From Minutocellus sp. GHC0000111 (lineage: Eukaryota): 64,000 nt of DNA. Below are positions 36,154 to 48,380 of the stretch, piece by piece; position 1 is the stretch's first letter; each line of letters starts with the position of its first letter. The DNA lies in assembly GCA_977018835.1 (NCBI GenBank), contig OZ361256.1:1984001-2048000 (forward strand), in the 5' to 3' direction. The notes under the pieces were generated by a model. The model did not search any database, was not told where the DNA came from, and was given only the letters and a program-made list of their open reading frames with translations. The position numbers and the translations under genes are program-made.

Positions 36154-36467
36154 AACTTTGTGGCTGAGGGCCATGGTAACATGCTCGTGTAAATCAATCT
36201 AAGAAGACAATTGGGTATCTAGAAACATCTACAAACATGCACCTGTAAATGGGTCCTCCTTCGATGCTTCACTACATGTACCGGTAAAACCACCCCCGGC
36301 ATGATCAATTTTTTGCTGCGAGCCGGCCGGCCGGCAAAGTTCGAAAGTGGCATGGCTGGCGCGCTTCCCGCGCCACTCATTCAAATCGCGCCGAGCGAGC
36401 TGCTGCAGTCAGACCACCCCCCTTGCTCACATGAGACGTATCTGAGCCCCCTGCTTCTCTGACGACA

Positions 36468-37193
36468 ATGAGACCCAAAACAAGCATTGACTTTGTGCCC
36501 GGCGCAACGCTGCTCTGGTCATCCAACGCAGTATTATCGGATGAAATCGCAAAGGTGCTGCAGACATGCTTCCCCGAATTCGTGGGCCTTACGACCGAGG
36601 ACACACTTGAGGAAGGCATTGGTTTCCATGCCCTGAAGGACACAACGTGGCTCATACTACGGAACCAGTCCAATGGAGAAATCATCGGCATGGTCACTGC
36701 TATTCGATATCACGATGGCCTCTACCTCTCCAACTTCTCCGTCGTACTAGAGTGGCGAAATAAGGGCATCGGATTGGATATTTTAGAGGCAGCTGGGCAG
36801 CTGTGCGTCAAGCTTGGCACCTGCAGATTGATTGGCAATGCCAGGGCAGATGATCGATATATTGTTGAATACTACAAGAGTCTGGGAGCGTCAATTATTC
36901 AGACGGGAGTGGGAGGTGGAGGAGGCAGTACTGATACGAGAAAGTGGAAGTTCATATCGTCGTCATCATCATCCACAATAGTGTCAGTACGAATGATACG
37001 AGATATTCCAGATACACCTGCGGGTGTAATGGAATTCTTTGAATCACTTCGAATTGATCGAATAAAGAGACGAAGGGGGAGAAAAATTGGGCGCATTGCG
37101 TTTGGCGTTCTGCTGGTGACTGCAGCCAGCGTTGGAATGATTTTCTTATCCAAAGGGGATAAGGACCAAACAAAGAATAAAGTCAAGAGCTAG
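36468..37193 (+). CDS. GNAT-family acetyltransferase with C-terminal TM anchor
   Basis: YLSNFSVVLEWRNKGIGLDIL (motif A), VEYYKSLG; TM IAFGVLLVTAASVGMIFL. Confidence 0.8.
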   Translation: MRPKTSIDFVPGATLLWSSNAVLSDEIAKVLQTCFPEFVGLTTEDTLEEGIGFHALKDTTWLILRNQSNGEIIGMVTAIRYHDGLYLSNFSVVLEWRNKGIGLDILEAAGQLCVKLGTCRLIGNARADDRYIVEYYKSLGASIIQTGVGGGGGSTDTRKWKFISSSSSSTIVSVRMIRDIPDTPAGVMEFFESLRIDRIKRRRGRKIGRIAFGVLLVTAASVGMIFLSKGDKDQTKNKVKS

Positions 37194-37236
37194 TCATTTC
37201 TTATTTTAATATCCCAGTGAGTAGAACGCCTTAAAT

Positions 37237-38232
37237 TTAGAAGACAAATTGCCGTCTTACTCTGACATCGGCAGCTACCGGTCCACCAGCAGCTTCCAAA
37301 GGCAGAGTGGCATCGACAACCCATTTGCCGCTCATACTTTGATCCGTCCATTTCATTTGGATGTATTCGGTCGGATCAATCCGGCAGGACAAGGAGCCTG
37401 AATCCAATTGCGATTCCCAGTTGACCGTGATTTTTCCCGTCGGCAATGATATCTCGGGCGATAGCGTATTGCGTTCGTCAATGGCATGTACAAGAGTTAG
37501 GGTTGGCTCTTTCAGATTCCAATTCAAAACTGAATTGGTTTTGCCAGATGTTGATTCTGCCATGATTGTGGCACTTGGAGACTTTTTCGCCACACTGATC
37601 GCGGGCTCAACAGTCACAGAATTTATCATCTTACTAAGGAACGATGGTGGAGAGGTTTGATACGAGCCACGCACCATCTCCACACCTCTCTTGGTTTTGG
37701 ACGATAGCTTGGCAGAGGCCCACCATCTTGCTCGTTTGTGAGACAGTCGGAATGAAATATTTGCTCGTTCAGATTTGACCTCATAACTCGGACTGACTTG
37801 CAGCATTCCAGCTGGCGTGTCCACCAAGACATCTGCATCTAGAAAGCTGGGCATGTTCCGAATATCATCGTATCTGTACCCTACAGCTGCCTGGCACGAA
37901 AGTACCGAGGGCATCGAATCGCGCAGCGGTGGACGAGTCGAGCGGATAGTCCAGAGCAAAGTTGGGTTAAAGAAGGCCAGGCTTTCCCAGACATCTTCAT
38001 CACTTGCCGATGATCGCCGTCCAGATGACAGGAGGGACGCTTCGGGCGATTGGAACGGGTCCTTCAGAGTGATGCTAAGCACGGGGCCCTCCGTTTTGAA
38101 CGCAGGTTCAGATGGAGGCGGGGATAACACTGCGGCATCTGCAGTTGGTGTGGCTTGCTCAGCAACGCATCTTTCGATGGCGCCGACAAAGAGCAAGCCA
38201 GCAGTGGCGATGGAGGCGCGAGAAACGACCAT
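37237..38232 (-). CDS. Signal-peptide protein with amphipathic beta-strands (possible membrane beta-barrel)
   Basis: Alternating beta-strand pattern, TLSPEISL, C-terminal VRVRRQFVF. Confidence 0.55.
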   Translation of the reverse strand: MVVSRASIATAGLLFVGAIERCVAEQATPTADAAVLSPPPSEPAFKTEGPVLSITLKDPFQSPEASLLSSGRRSSASDEDVWESLAFFNPTLLWTIRSTRPPLRDSMPSVLSCQAAVGYRYDDIRNMPSFLDADVLVDTPAGMLQVSPSYEVKSERANISFRLSHKRARWWASAKLSSKTKRGVEMVRGSYQTSPPSFLSKMINSVTVEPAISVAKKSPSATIMAESTSGKTNSVLNWNLKEPTLTLVHAIDERNTLSPEISLPTGKITVNWESQLDSGSLSCRIDPTEYIQMKWTDQSMSGKWVVDATLPLEAAGGPVAADVRVRRQFVF

Positions 38233-39092
38233 GGCATGGCGTGGGGAGGATGTGCAGAGTGGGTGCCGTGCAAAAAGCTTCATATTCATTCCTCAGTGGT
38301 CTGTTTTCGTCCGATTTCGGAGAAATAGAATCACATGCAGCAACTTCGCCGAAAGTCTCATAAGTACCGCCAAGGACGATCAAGATGTGCTGGAAAGATA
38401 CATGCTCCACATGCAAGGTAAATCGACGATGAATATGTGGCTTGATATGATTTGCTTGGGCGATGTTCCTCATCGCCATTATTCTCTGAATATCAACAGA
38501 TGAATGAGTTTGTTCGGATGTTCTTCAGGTGTCAGCACAACAGCACTCGCGAAGAATTATCCACCTTGACTGTCTTTCCATGCAAGTCATGAACTGACCG
38601 GTCGTATTGCATTTCTATTCGTCTCACATGTAGAAATTCACCTGGGCTGGGTGAGGAATGCATATTGACAGCGCTCTCGCGGGCGTGCCCGAAGATCAGC
38701 GCTGTCCTGGCTGGAAGACCGGCAAATGCACCGCTGGCTCGGGTGGTGTGGGCTTCACCTGCCCCGATTGCGGTATGGCTATGAAAGCCAGTAGCGACGC
38801 CTTCATGAAGGAGGTGATCGATGCTCACAAGCAGGTTGGGGACGACGGACTTAGCCAGTGCACTCGAAACGCATAACGGAAGGTTCGCATGTGCATAGTA
38901 GGAATGGCGGAGAAATTCGCGGGAAGACGTCGTTTTGCTTTGAATGACGCAGGGTCGTGATGCAGTTGAAAGTACATGCTATTTCGCGGCTGTGTTGAAG
39001 ATAATGCCAAGAGATTAACCCAAAATTGACGCAACAATGCACATTGTATACAATCGTTTGCAATTGCTATTCAGACTATTTTTAGTGTAAGG

Positions 39093-40334
39093 CTACAATT
39101 TTACTCCTTCAGTCTCGCCAGTAGCAACCTCTTCGCACAAAAGCAAACCATCTTGCTGCTCCGTCTGGACACCAACATGGTTGTGGTGGAAGGTCTTGTT
39201 GCATCCCTCGACACCGCAGTTGTAGAATTCTTCCGGCTGCGCCTGATTGGCGGCAGCAGCCGCAGTGCGTTCCATGGCCATGTTCTCCAGCAACATCATC
39301 TCCTCGGGTCGGATGCGGCACAGATCTTCAAATGCGGGTGGATCCCGAAGCAATACGCCGGCCCTGTCCAGAAATTCCTCCACCGCACGAGGTTCAATGG
39401 TCCCCTCCGATTTGATACCAAGATTCTCCAACGCAGGACAATGCGCAACCACGTTGCCATTGCGGATGGCAATGAGTGCGGGCAGATCGGCCTCTGGACG
39501 AAGACGGGGCAGCTCTCTTTGCGCCAAGTTGGCATCCAATAGCAAGGCAGGTCGGCCACTCCCTCTCAGAAACTTGGTACCATGATAAGTCCCGGCCATT
39601 TGCGGTCCCTCCAGAAACAGATCGAGGCTTGCCGACATGTCACTCTCGGGATCGTAGAGATGCAGTACCACCGCCGGTGCCACCGTGGCGGCCATGCCGC
39701 GCTGGTCCATGCCCAGTCCCGCCGCACGGAGGACTCGACTGGGATGCATCTGCCGATGCGCCCCAAAGCCATGTTGGATGGCGGCCTCGCGCTCCATGAC
39801 GGTCATTTCCAACTCGGCCCGTCGTGCCTCCTCCAGTAGGGCGAGGGCGGACGGCTGCCCATCTTCTCCAGGCAGATCTTCGTCGAGTAGGTAGTCGAAT
39901 TCATCGTCGGAATCGGAATCATCAGAGTTGTCACCGTCGTCATCTTTTCGTCGTTCCGCAAAGGCTGGCTCCGATGTGATCTTCTTCTCGTCGTCATCAT
40001 TGGCCGCCTCGTCATCATCATCATTCCCATCACCATCAACCTCTCCTCGTTCCTCGGCCAAATGCTTCCTGGCCTCCATCAGCGCACCATATTCCCCACC
40101 GTCGCTGTTGGGGTCGTAGCAGCACCGACAACCGTTGCCCCACGACAGACCATTGAGCAGATGCTTCTTGCGTCGTTCGGCCAATGCCACGCGGTCGTGT
40201 CGCTGGAGAGCCGATACGACGGCATTCTGCTTGCGATTGCTCTCTGCCTCGCGACGGCAGCACGCATCCAGGGTGGGGTCAATGTCCGAAAAGTCCGGCC
40301 GGTCGAGGCGGACTGGTCCACCGAAGCCCTCCAT
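39093..40334 (-). CDS. Phosducin/thioredoxin-like protein
   Basis: DACCRRE, acidic DDEFDYLLDED, HGFGAH, VVLHLYDPES, TKFLR, LPALIAIRNG. Confidence 0.7.
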   Translation of the reverse strand: MEGFGGPVRLDRPDFSDIDPTLDACCRREAESNRKQNAVVSALQRHDRVALAERRKKHLLNGLSWGNGCRCCYDPNSDGGEYGALMEARKHLAEERGEVDGDGNDDDDEAANDDDEKKITSEPAFAERRKDDDGDNSDDSDSDDEFDYLLDEDLPGEDGQPSALALLEEARRAELEMTVMEREAAIQHGFGAHRQMHPSRVLRAAGLGMDQRGMAATVAPAVVLHLYDPESDMSASLDLFLEGPQMAGTYHGTKFLRGSGRPALLLDANLAQRELPRLRPEADLPALIAIRNGNVVAHCPALENLGIKSEGTIEPRAVEEFLDRAGVLLRDPPAFEDLCRIRPEEMMLLENMAMERTAAAAANQAQPEEFYNCGVEGCNKTFHHNHVGVQTEQQDGLLLCEEVATGETEGVKL

Positions 40335-40836
40335 GGTTGGAGTGGTGGGTGAAGGCTCTTTGCAGAGCAGCCACCAGCAGCGGCGAGTGCGAGTCTGCCC
40401 GTCACTGTGCTAAAAAAATTGCGTGGCTCTGGCGGATGGCGGTACCGCCAGCCTCTGCCCCTTAATTTGCCAGCCGAACCCTCGCCGCTCCTCCTGGACG
40501 AAGCAGATAGCGCTGGGCTACCCCGGGTATGTACTGCTGCATTTAGGTGAGAGTCTGCTGTCGTATCTCGGCTCGCCTTGCGCGTATCTTCGGTTAAAAA
40601 TTTCCAGCACGAGATGTGCTTTTTTGTCTATCTGAGGTTTTGACCCGCCTTATTTTGCTCAAGTCAACAATGCCTCACCACGTTTATTGCCTCTGTCGTC
40701 CTTCGTACTTATCCTCCTACAGATTGCCTTGGCGCGTTTATATCCCTTGTACGTAGTTTTGAGACGTTATTATCGAGTCACTCAGATTAGTAATGGCAAA
40801 GGACACTAGACGTGGTCGTACCCGGCCGTCCAGCCG

Positions 40837-43488
40837 ATGGACACTACTACCGATGCTGTGACCGCCTCGTCGACATCGGCCGCCGCAGCTGCCGGCTCCT
40901 CGGCATCAACGCCAGTGAACAAGGAGGCCGATACCAAACAGAAGGATGCGTCCGCCGCTGACGCAAACAGTACTATGGCCGCCGCCATCGTGGACGGTGG
41001 CAAGACGGTCGGGGTTACCGTCAAGGTGGACGGTGGCGTCGTCGAACCTCAAGAAGAGCAGGCGGAGGACGCGGCGGCCGATGGCGCCACCGCCAAAAAG
41101 TCCAACCAAAAGTCCGGCGGGGGGGGGCAAAGAAGAAGCCCGCCCAAGAAAAGTGCACCGATCCCAACATCACCGCCGACGAGGACAAGGACCTGGCCTT
41201 CATTTGGATCTGCACCGAATGTCGCGAGGCCGAGTGCCTCACCGACCCCGACTCGCCCCTCCTGGTCTGCGAGGGACCCTGCCAGCGTCCCTTCCACTAC
41301 CCCTGCGCCGGACTGAACGCCGTCCCGCCCGAGAACGAAACGTGGATTTGCAACGACTGCAAGCAGAACCGCCATCAGTGCGCCGTGTGCAGTGAGTACG
41401 GTGCCGACGACGAGGAGGTGTTCAAATGCGACCGTGCTACTTGTGGGCTGTACTTTCACGAGAATTGTTTGGCCATGTACGAGAACGTCGACATGACCAT
41501 TGTGGAACGGACTGTGGAGACCAAGGAGGTCGATCCCGATACCGGTAAGGAGGTTGTCACGGGCACGCAGGTCATCTGCCGGCCCAAGTTCAAATGTCCG
41601 GCCCATACCTGCTGGTGTTGCTCTGGTGGGATGCCCCCCGATCCAAATGCCGCGGCTGCGACGGATGCAGATGGCGGCGCTTCTGGTGGTGATGGAGGTA
41701 CCGACGGTAAGGATGGGACCAGTCCCAAGGTCGGTGCCAAGGGCAAAAAGGGTGGCAAGAAAGGCAAGAAGAGGAAGAAGGCCAAGGTTGACAATGCCTT
41801 TGGAGAGAAAAAGGAGCAGCTATTCGTAAGTGCTGATTTGTGTTGGGTTTTGTATTGTTTTTTGTATTCTACAATGTACTTTTTAGATCACGTCCTGATT
41901 CTCACTTTGTTCAATTTCCCTCTTATTGTATTATTTCATTGCCTTGCCACAGCGATGCCTCGACTGCCCCATCGCCTATCACATCACGTGCATCCCGCCG
42001 TGCACTCGCTTCCACAAGCTCGCTCTACTTTGTCATGAGCACTACACCAACAAGCTGCCCGATCTGGATACCGAGAGCTCCTTCCAGGCCGAAGTGGAGG
42101 CCAAGGCCGATGCCATGGTGGAGGAGATGCGCGAGAAGAAGCGTCGCAAGCTGGAGCGGCTCAAGAAGCAGAAGGAGAAGAAGGACGATCACTACGAAAG
42201 CATTGGCTTCAACAAGTTCCATTTTGGTATGAAGGGTACGGCCATCTCGGAGGCTAAGCAAGATATCCGCCTCCTTGACGACTCTGATACCGTCGAAGCT
42301 CCGACTTCAAATGCTGATGGTCAGGAAGAAGGCGATTCGGCTGCAAGGCCTGTCAAGAAGCTCCGCCAGGTCGAGTTCTGTCTCCCCTGCGACTTTCAGC
42401 AGGATGTATATTCGAAGCCACCCAGTTACACACACGTCCACGGCCTCAAGTACGACCCTGCCAACCGGCCCAAGAAGCATCCTCCTACCAATGAGGTTTG
42501 CAAGTGCAAACCATCTGGTAAGGACGGCGTCGTTACCTGCGACGATCATTGTCTGAACCGCATGGTAATGACGGAATGTGTTGGCGACAAGAGCAAGAGC
42601 GAGAAGAATCCGTACTGGAACTGCAATGCCGGACCCAACTGCGGCAATCGTGCCATTGGACTGCGCAAGTATGCCAAGTGCCGCCCGAAGCGTGAACAGG
42701 GCAAGGGCTGGGGCCTTGTGGTTGTAGATGGTGTGAAGAAGGGCGGTCTCGTCCAAGAGTACGGTGGTGAGGTCATTGATGAAGCGACCAAGGAGGCTCG
42801 TCTCGCCGAGTGGGCACGAGATCATCCCAACGATCCCAACTTCTACATCATGAGTCTCGAGCCAGGATGGTACATCGACGCCAGAGTCAAGGGCAACCTC
42901 GCCCGATTCATCAATCACTCCTGCGGTCCAAATTGCCATCTGGTGCCCACCAACGTTGCGGGCAATATGAGGGTAGCGGTAGTTGCTCTTCGCGACATCA
43001 AGCCTGGCGAATTCCTTTGCTACGACTACCAATTCGACACCAAGCATGGTGACAAGTTCGTCTGCCGTTGCGGTGCCCCCAACTGCCGCGGGACCATGAA
43101 AGGCGGCGAGAAGGGTGGTGTCGGCGGCGTCGAAGCGAAGAAGACCAAGAAGCAGCTGTGGGCTGAGGCCAAGGCTCGCTATGATCGTGACAAGAAGTTC
43201 CTTGACGACCTAGCCGTGGATCAAGTGACTCGGTTGAATCAGACCGGCCTGCTTGTCCCCGGCGAATTCCAGCAAAAGGATAGTTCCACCATGGTAGCCA
43301 GTGGTCCTCAGGAGAAGGACCGTGATTATGCCCAAGGCCGCCGTATCTTCCTTTGGCGCAACGTTTATCCAGGATCCAACTTTTCGTCGAGGTATTGGAA
43401 GTTTGAGGATGCCAAGAAACACGCCAAGCAAGGGCCCACAGCTTCGTTGCCAAACGTTGATGTGCTCTCGCAAATTAGGGGCTCCTAG
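40837..43488 (+). CDS. NSD/ASH1-type histone H3K36 methyltransferase (PHD fingers, AWS, SET, post-SET); intron about 41826-41953; frameshift in G-run near 41120
   Basis: KCPAHTCWCC, CLNR..EC, GKGWGL, EYGGEVI, GNLARFINHSCGPNC, YDYQF, CRCGAPNCRG. Confidence 0.92.
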
Positions 43489-43918
43489 AATATTAAATCA
43501 TATTAAATAAATAAATTGAACGAATATGATCGTAGAAGCTACAAAGAAGGTGGTGACCACTGTGTGCAAGACATCTTGGTAGAACTTTTACTAAGGTATT
43601 CAGTGTCATAATAGCAGTATGAAAAAGCGGGAATTATTTGTAACACACACAAAAAGTATCACCCGGCTTCCAAGTACTTTGTACTCTAGAGTATATCGGG
43701 ATGATTGCCGGCGTTCCTCACAAACATTCCCAAAAATCTTGAGCTGAAGAGATCGGTGGTTACTTCTGCCCTACTGTGTACCACGTACGAATACAGGTAC
43801 GTTGGCCAATTTTCGTCTTTTGTCCGGACTTGCATACTATAATTCCAGCCTTCGATTGGAACAGCGCCAAATGCTGCAGAACTGAAATCATCCACCGCCT
43901 GAAACAAACCTCTCCTCT

Positions 43919-44338
43919 CTACTTTCCAATCAATCTCCTCATTCGCAATTCGATGCTCTTGCCATTCACTCCACCGGACGACGCCAGCCGACGCTTTCTT
44001 GTGTTGATTTTGTAGCCCGTATTGTGTGACATGCCCGCCTTGTTCCGCTTGACACTGCCGGAACCTCGCACCCGAAAGCGTTTGGCAGCCGATTTGTTCG
44101 TCTTGAGACAGGACTTGTTGCCCATGAACCGGCACAGCATCGTGGTTGGACTAGCTGCGCTAAGGCCAGAGCTGGAGAGGAGCAGGTGTCCGACGTGGTT
44201 TTGAGGTTGTGGCGATGCCGCCGCTATTCTGGATGGTGCCGAAGGGAGCGATGAAATCGACCGCAACCCACCGACGCAAAGGGCTCCCAGCCGGGACGTG
44301 GGGCTGGGAATCGACGCTTGGGCCAGTCTACCGAGCAT
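43919..44338 (-). CDS. MRPL35: Mitochondrial ribosomal protein L35 (bL35m)
   Basis: Transit-like N-terminus then LKTNKSAAKRFRVRGSGSVKRNKAGMSHN. Confidence 0.9.
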   Translation of the reverse strand: MLGRLAQASIPSPTSRLGALCVGGLRSISSLPSAPSRIAAASPQPQNHVGHLLLSSSGLSAASPTTMLCRFMGNKSCLKTNKSAAKRFRVRGSGSVKRNKAGMSHNTGYKINTRKRRLASSGGVNGKSIELRMRRLIGK

Positions 44339-44549
44339 GGTTGATGTGATTACTACGTAGTATCCCCTGCCCTTGCTCTATCGCTACTAGTACGTTCCTT
44401 CGCGCTTCGACCGGCATGAAACGTGGGGCGGCCGAAGGATGGACGAAATCGGGCGAAGGACAGGCCTCATTAAAAGGGCACTCCTCAACCGAGTTTTCCC
44501 CGCATGTAGTTGAAGAGGTAAATTAGAGGAGTAATGAGCTGGAGGAGAG

Positions 44550-44611
44550 CGATGACACATCGAACACAGCACCTCCCTCCGCAAATGAAACTTCTTAGAC
44601 GGGTTTGAGGG
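44550..44611. repeat. Split direct repeat B2
   Basis: cgatga..catcgaacacagcacctccctccgc plus aaatgaaacttcttaga also occur at 44857-44889 and 44974-44990. Confidence 0.85.
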
Positions 44612-44615
44612 AATT

Positions 44616-44856
44616 TAAAACTAACTAACTACTGAGAGAGAGAGAGACAGGCTCTGGGAGCCGGTACTGTAAGCTGACTTAGCAATTGCAACGGCAGCAA
44701 TCGCAGATGGTTTTGTGGTTTGCTTGGTCAGTTTTGAGACGACGAGAGGAGGCGAAGGTGGTGGTCAGCAGAAAAACTGGGCACTACAGGAATGCAGTTT
44801 TAGTGCCTGCTGCTAACCACCGTCGCCAGCTCATCCCCACCGTGCGGCACCCACAA
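44616..44856. repeat. Split direct repeat A2
   Basis: Near-identical to 52686-52913 apart from small indels and one CA/TA difference. Confidence 0.95.
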
Positions 44857-44998
44857 CGATGATGCATCGAACACAGCACCTCCCTCCGCTGATTCTCCCA
44901 ACTCCATGCAACTTACTTAGTAGAACATGAAAAATGCAGTTTAACTACGTGAACTGGAGCTGGCATTGGCGGTAAATGAAACTTCTTAGAGGGTGAGG
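44857..44998. repeat. Split direct repeat B1 (84 bp longer than B2)
   Basis: Matches B2 at both ends; 44890-44973 is absent from B2. Confidence 0.85.
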
Positions 44999-45049
44999 TC
45001 CCTCTCCCCCTCCTCCTTTCCGTAGCACAGATCGGCCAACAATGTGTGT

Positions 45050-46200
45050 CGTGCTTAGGTGAACAGGGCGAAGGGGGCATTGGAGTCCCGAAGCCGGCAT
45101 TTCGGCCAATGCTGTTGTTGATGCCGGCGAAGGATTGGCGGCAATTTGGGGTCCTTGGGTCTTCGCGATGGCTCGTCGAGTGTGCGTGGGGCACGTTGAA
45201 GAAGGAACCTCGTTGGATCATGCGTGTGGAGACTCCGGATGTAAATTCTTGGACCTGGCGACGGATGTGCTTGAGGAAGGCGTCACTGGACCACCGCCCT
45301 ACCAGCATGATTGTGTGCGTGGGAACATAATTTAGACACATTGCCATTGCTGCTCCGCTGCGAATGGAGTGTGATCCGAATTCAGAGGGATGGCAGCCCA
45401 GGACGTCCTCTCCAATCACTGTGGCCGACGCTCGGATCTTGTCAACTATTCGGGTGGGGCAGGAATGTGTTTTAACACGCCGTTGACCACGAAGGCATTT
45501 ACCGGCGCATCGCTGTTGGTACTAGGGTGCCCTAGGACTCGTTTCACCAGGGCAGCCCAAGCTCGAACTGGGCAGAGGGTGGCGTCGTGGGTGCAGTGTT
45601 GCGTAGTCGTGACGTCACGCTCGTCGTTCTTCTGGAACTCAAAGGTGACGGAGACAGAGTCTGCTGAGAGGAGGGACCGGTGGTCGTTGTGATGCATGCG
45701 CCGTCGGCCGCGGCAGAACTGGATGTTGCGGAGGCGGAGCAGCTTGGTCCTGCGCTCACCGCTGACTCTGGAGTGTTCGCAAGACCTCATCGCGAAGAAG
45801 AAGGCGCCGACGGCTAGTTGCCCGACTGCACGGTCCTCTTCCGTTTCCCTGACGGAGGCGATCTCTCGGAGGAGCCGGCAGGTGATCGCCTTCTCCGGCC
45901 ACTCGGCCGGGTCGGACTGGCTGTGTCCTCGGAACTGCCGCTGTAGAAGGAATGAAGGCTGGCCGATGTCGTCTTTCCCTGGGTCCCTGCGCTGGTTGTG
46001 CCGGAAGGAAGGACGAGCATGCACATGTGAGACGGCATCTCGGACTGTCGACGCAGCCAGTCGCGAAAACTTTGGCCCCGAAAAGCTGGCCTGTCGGACG
46101 GCGTGGGCAAAGGCGCCGAGAATGACTGTTCGGTCTCGGGGTGACACCTTGTCGAGGAAGACGTCGTCCCCGGTCCCGATGAGCTGCAGGAACTCAGTCA
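45050..46200 (-). pseudogene. Ngaro tyrosine recombinase, frameshifted, catalytic Tyr replaced by His
   Basis: FFFAMRSCE, FEFQKND, LCPVRAW, HSIRSGAA, GRWSSDAFLKHIR. Confidence 0.9.
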
Positions 46201-48380
46201 GTCCAGCGGCTCCACGCGAGAGCGTGCTTCTCGGCTGTGGCCGTTGCAACTGCTTCCTGATGGGCAGCGTCCGCGCCTGCGAGACAATCCAGGAAGTAAT
46301 CTCGTTGGGCAGTGGTGCAATCCTGAAATTTGAGGGAAGCTGACATTCGGGAGATGACAGAAGCAATTTCGTGAGGTCAGCATCAGAGAGATCGGTGTCA
46401 CGAGAAAGAGAATCGGCCTCCGGATTGCGCTTCCCCTGGAACCACTGTGAGCACAGCATGGTGTTGGTCTCGATGAGCATGTCGGCTAGTTTCCGCGCCG
46501 TGGCCAGCTTGACCGCTACGTCGGCATCCTTCTCGCCGTGAGACACGAAGTTCGACTTCCTGAGCCATCCCTCGGCCGTGGTGCTGTCGGTCCCTGACAG
46601 TGCGCAGGAGAGGGTTGGTAGGTTGCCCTCGATGTGGTCGATCCATGGGCCAATGACGGCGGCGAGGAATTCCAGGTAGTTGAGGGTGAACCGGCCCCAT
46701 GGCTCCTCGGGGAGGGCAAATCTTCACGCTCTGCCGGATGAGGACCATCCGCCGATGCCGTGCTCGCAGGCGTCACTTGTGTGCTCGTGGGTGGGGCAAC
46801 GGCACGTGAGGAGGTTCATGCTCATGCCATCGGCGGCCCTTCGGAGGAAGCGGAGCCATCCACAGGTTGAGGTCTTCTGCATCCTCAGAGTCGAACCGTT
46901 GGCGGCCGTGGCGGCGGGCCTTCCAGAGCCGATCCCGAAGGCGGCTGAGGAAGTGTCGTGCGGCTGGAATGATGTGTCCGACGTGGTTTAGCCTTCCGAC
47001 CAAGGTGTCCAGCTCTGATCTGGTGGCGCCGCGGGCTCTGAGGAGCATGTCATCGCGCCAGGCCAGGCACTTGCTCCAAGGGAGCCAGCCTCAGCAGGAG
47101 CCGCCGGGTGTCAGCATCCCACCCCAAGAGACACAGCACTTCGGAAGGCGTCCCTCGGCGAGCAGCTTCTTGATGGAGGCAAGGTCATCTCTGGGCAGTG
47201 GCTCGCTGTCGGACACCGGTCGGCCAAGCGCGTGGATGGCGAGGAGGGTGGCAGCGGACATCCGATCCTTGTTGTCGCCCAGGTCAGGGGCTGCGGCGAT
47301 GAGGTCATCGATGTGCGGCTCGACGATGCCATCCTTGTTGTCGGGAAGGGTTGCGATCATGTCCAGCGCCGGCGCGAACGGTGCATCGTCGCCCTCCACC
47401 TTGGGGCGACCCAAGTGCTTCTGCTGGGGGCATGGAGCTCTGACGGGTCCCAGTCCGAGCATTGCAGGAGGGCCCTGGCCAGGTCGGCCGCCGATTCGGA
47501 CATGTTGCACCATTCGCTCGGGCAAGGGCGTCCGCCGAAAGTCAGCCGGAGGGACATGAGGGCAATGCCATCCAGGGTGGTGATTGTTTTGACGGCCGTG
47601 CTGGGAGCCAAGTGGGCCCGGCGACACGCAGCCTTGAAATCGACCTTCTGCAGGAGGATGGGAGCACGGGGATGCTTGTGACGGGTGTCTACGATGTAGT
47701 GGATCACTCGCCGGAGGGCATGGCCGAACACCACTGGCTGGTGGTCCTCCATGCGTGCTCTGTTGTTGACGGACCGTGCGGCACCGATCTCGAAGGATTG
47801 GTCGTGAGTCAGGCGGTCCTTGGGCATGATCTCGCCAGCCTCGCTGATCGTGCTCTGTGCTGCCAAACCCATCAAGCCACCTCCGCTCCAGGAATGAGGG
47901 GCGCGACCTTTGCTGGCAGAGGGAGGACGAAACCGCGGGTCACGTCGTCGAGAACTTGGTCCTTGAGTGCCTCCGGCCTGTCCCTGGCCGATTTGTGGTT
48001 GCCTCGGCCGATGTTCTTTGTCACGCTGTCCAGTCTGCTTTCGTCGCTCACCGGATCGAGGGCCCAGTCGGATCCACTGTCGAGAATGGAGCGGAAGCGG
48101 GGCCACAGCGGGTGCCGGCCAAGAATCGGCTCCAGAAGACTCAGGTCTCTGAACTCCGATCCCGGTTGGAGTGGCGACCCGCCCTGCGCCTCGAGTGCCC
48201 TGCTCAGAGAACGATCGTGTTTCTTGAGGACCGACCAATTGTGAGCGGCGGCCTCCGTCAAGAGCTCAAATCTGAACTCCGTGGGCTTCGGTGTGGCCGA
48301 CGGGGACTCGACTGCTCGTCGGACGCACTGTGCCAAGGTGGAAACATCGAAGATGGGCTCTAGTTCCCACGTGGAATTGC
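46200..48380 (-). pseudogene. Ngaro reverse transcriptase/RNase H, multiply frameshifted
   Basis: RGNHKSA, KDRLTHDQSF, KVDFKAACRR, RLTFGGRPCP, PHIDD (YxDD position), VGRLNH, SDACEHGIGG, LNYLEFLA, DSTTAEGW, NPEADSLSR. Confidence 0.9.

Noticed and set aside
38532..38876. Small Cys-rich ORF (CPDCG)
   Set aside because: It may be an exon of a small gene, but I could not build a supported model.
41110..41130. Programmed frameshift in the SET gene, and similar breaks in TRAPPC10, PhoD and the ricin-like gene
   Set aside because: The SET break lies in a G homopolymer and breaks are scattered across unrelated genes, so assembly error or unrecognised introns are more likely.
45446..46546. Alternative genetic code or plain GC bias explaining the missing Tyr
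   Set aside because: GC-rich host genes (ABCC, SET, PSMB2) keep TAC codons and RTAY sites, and so does the 5' end of the same element.
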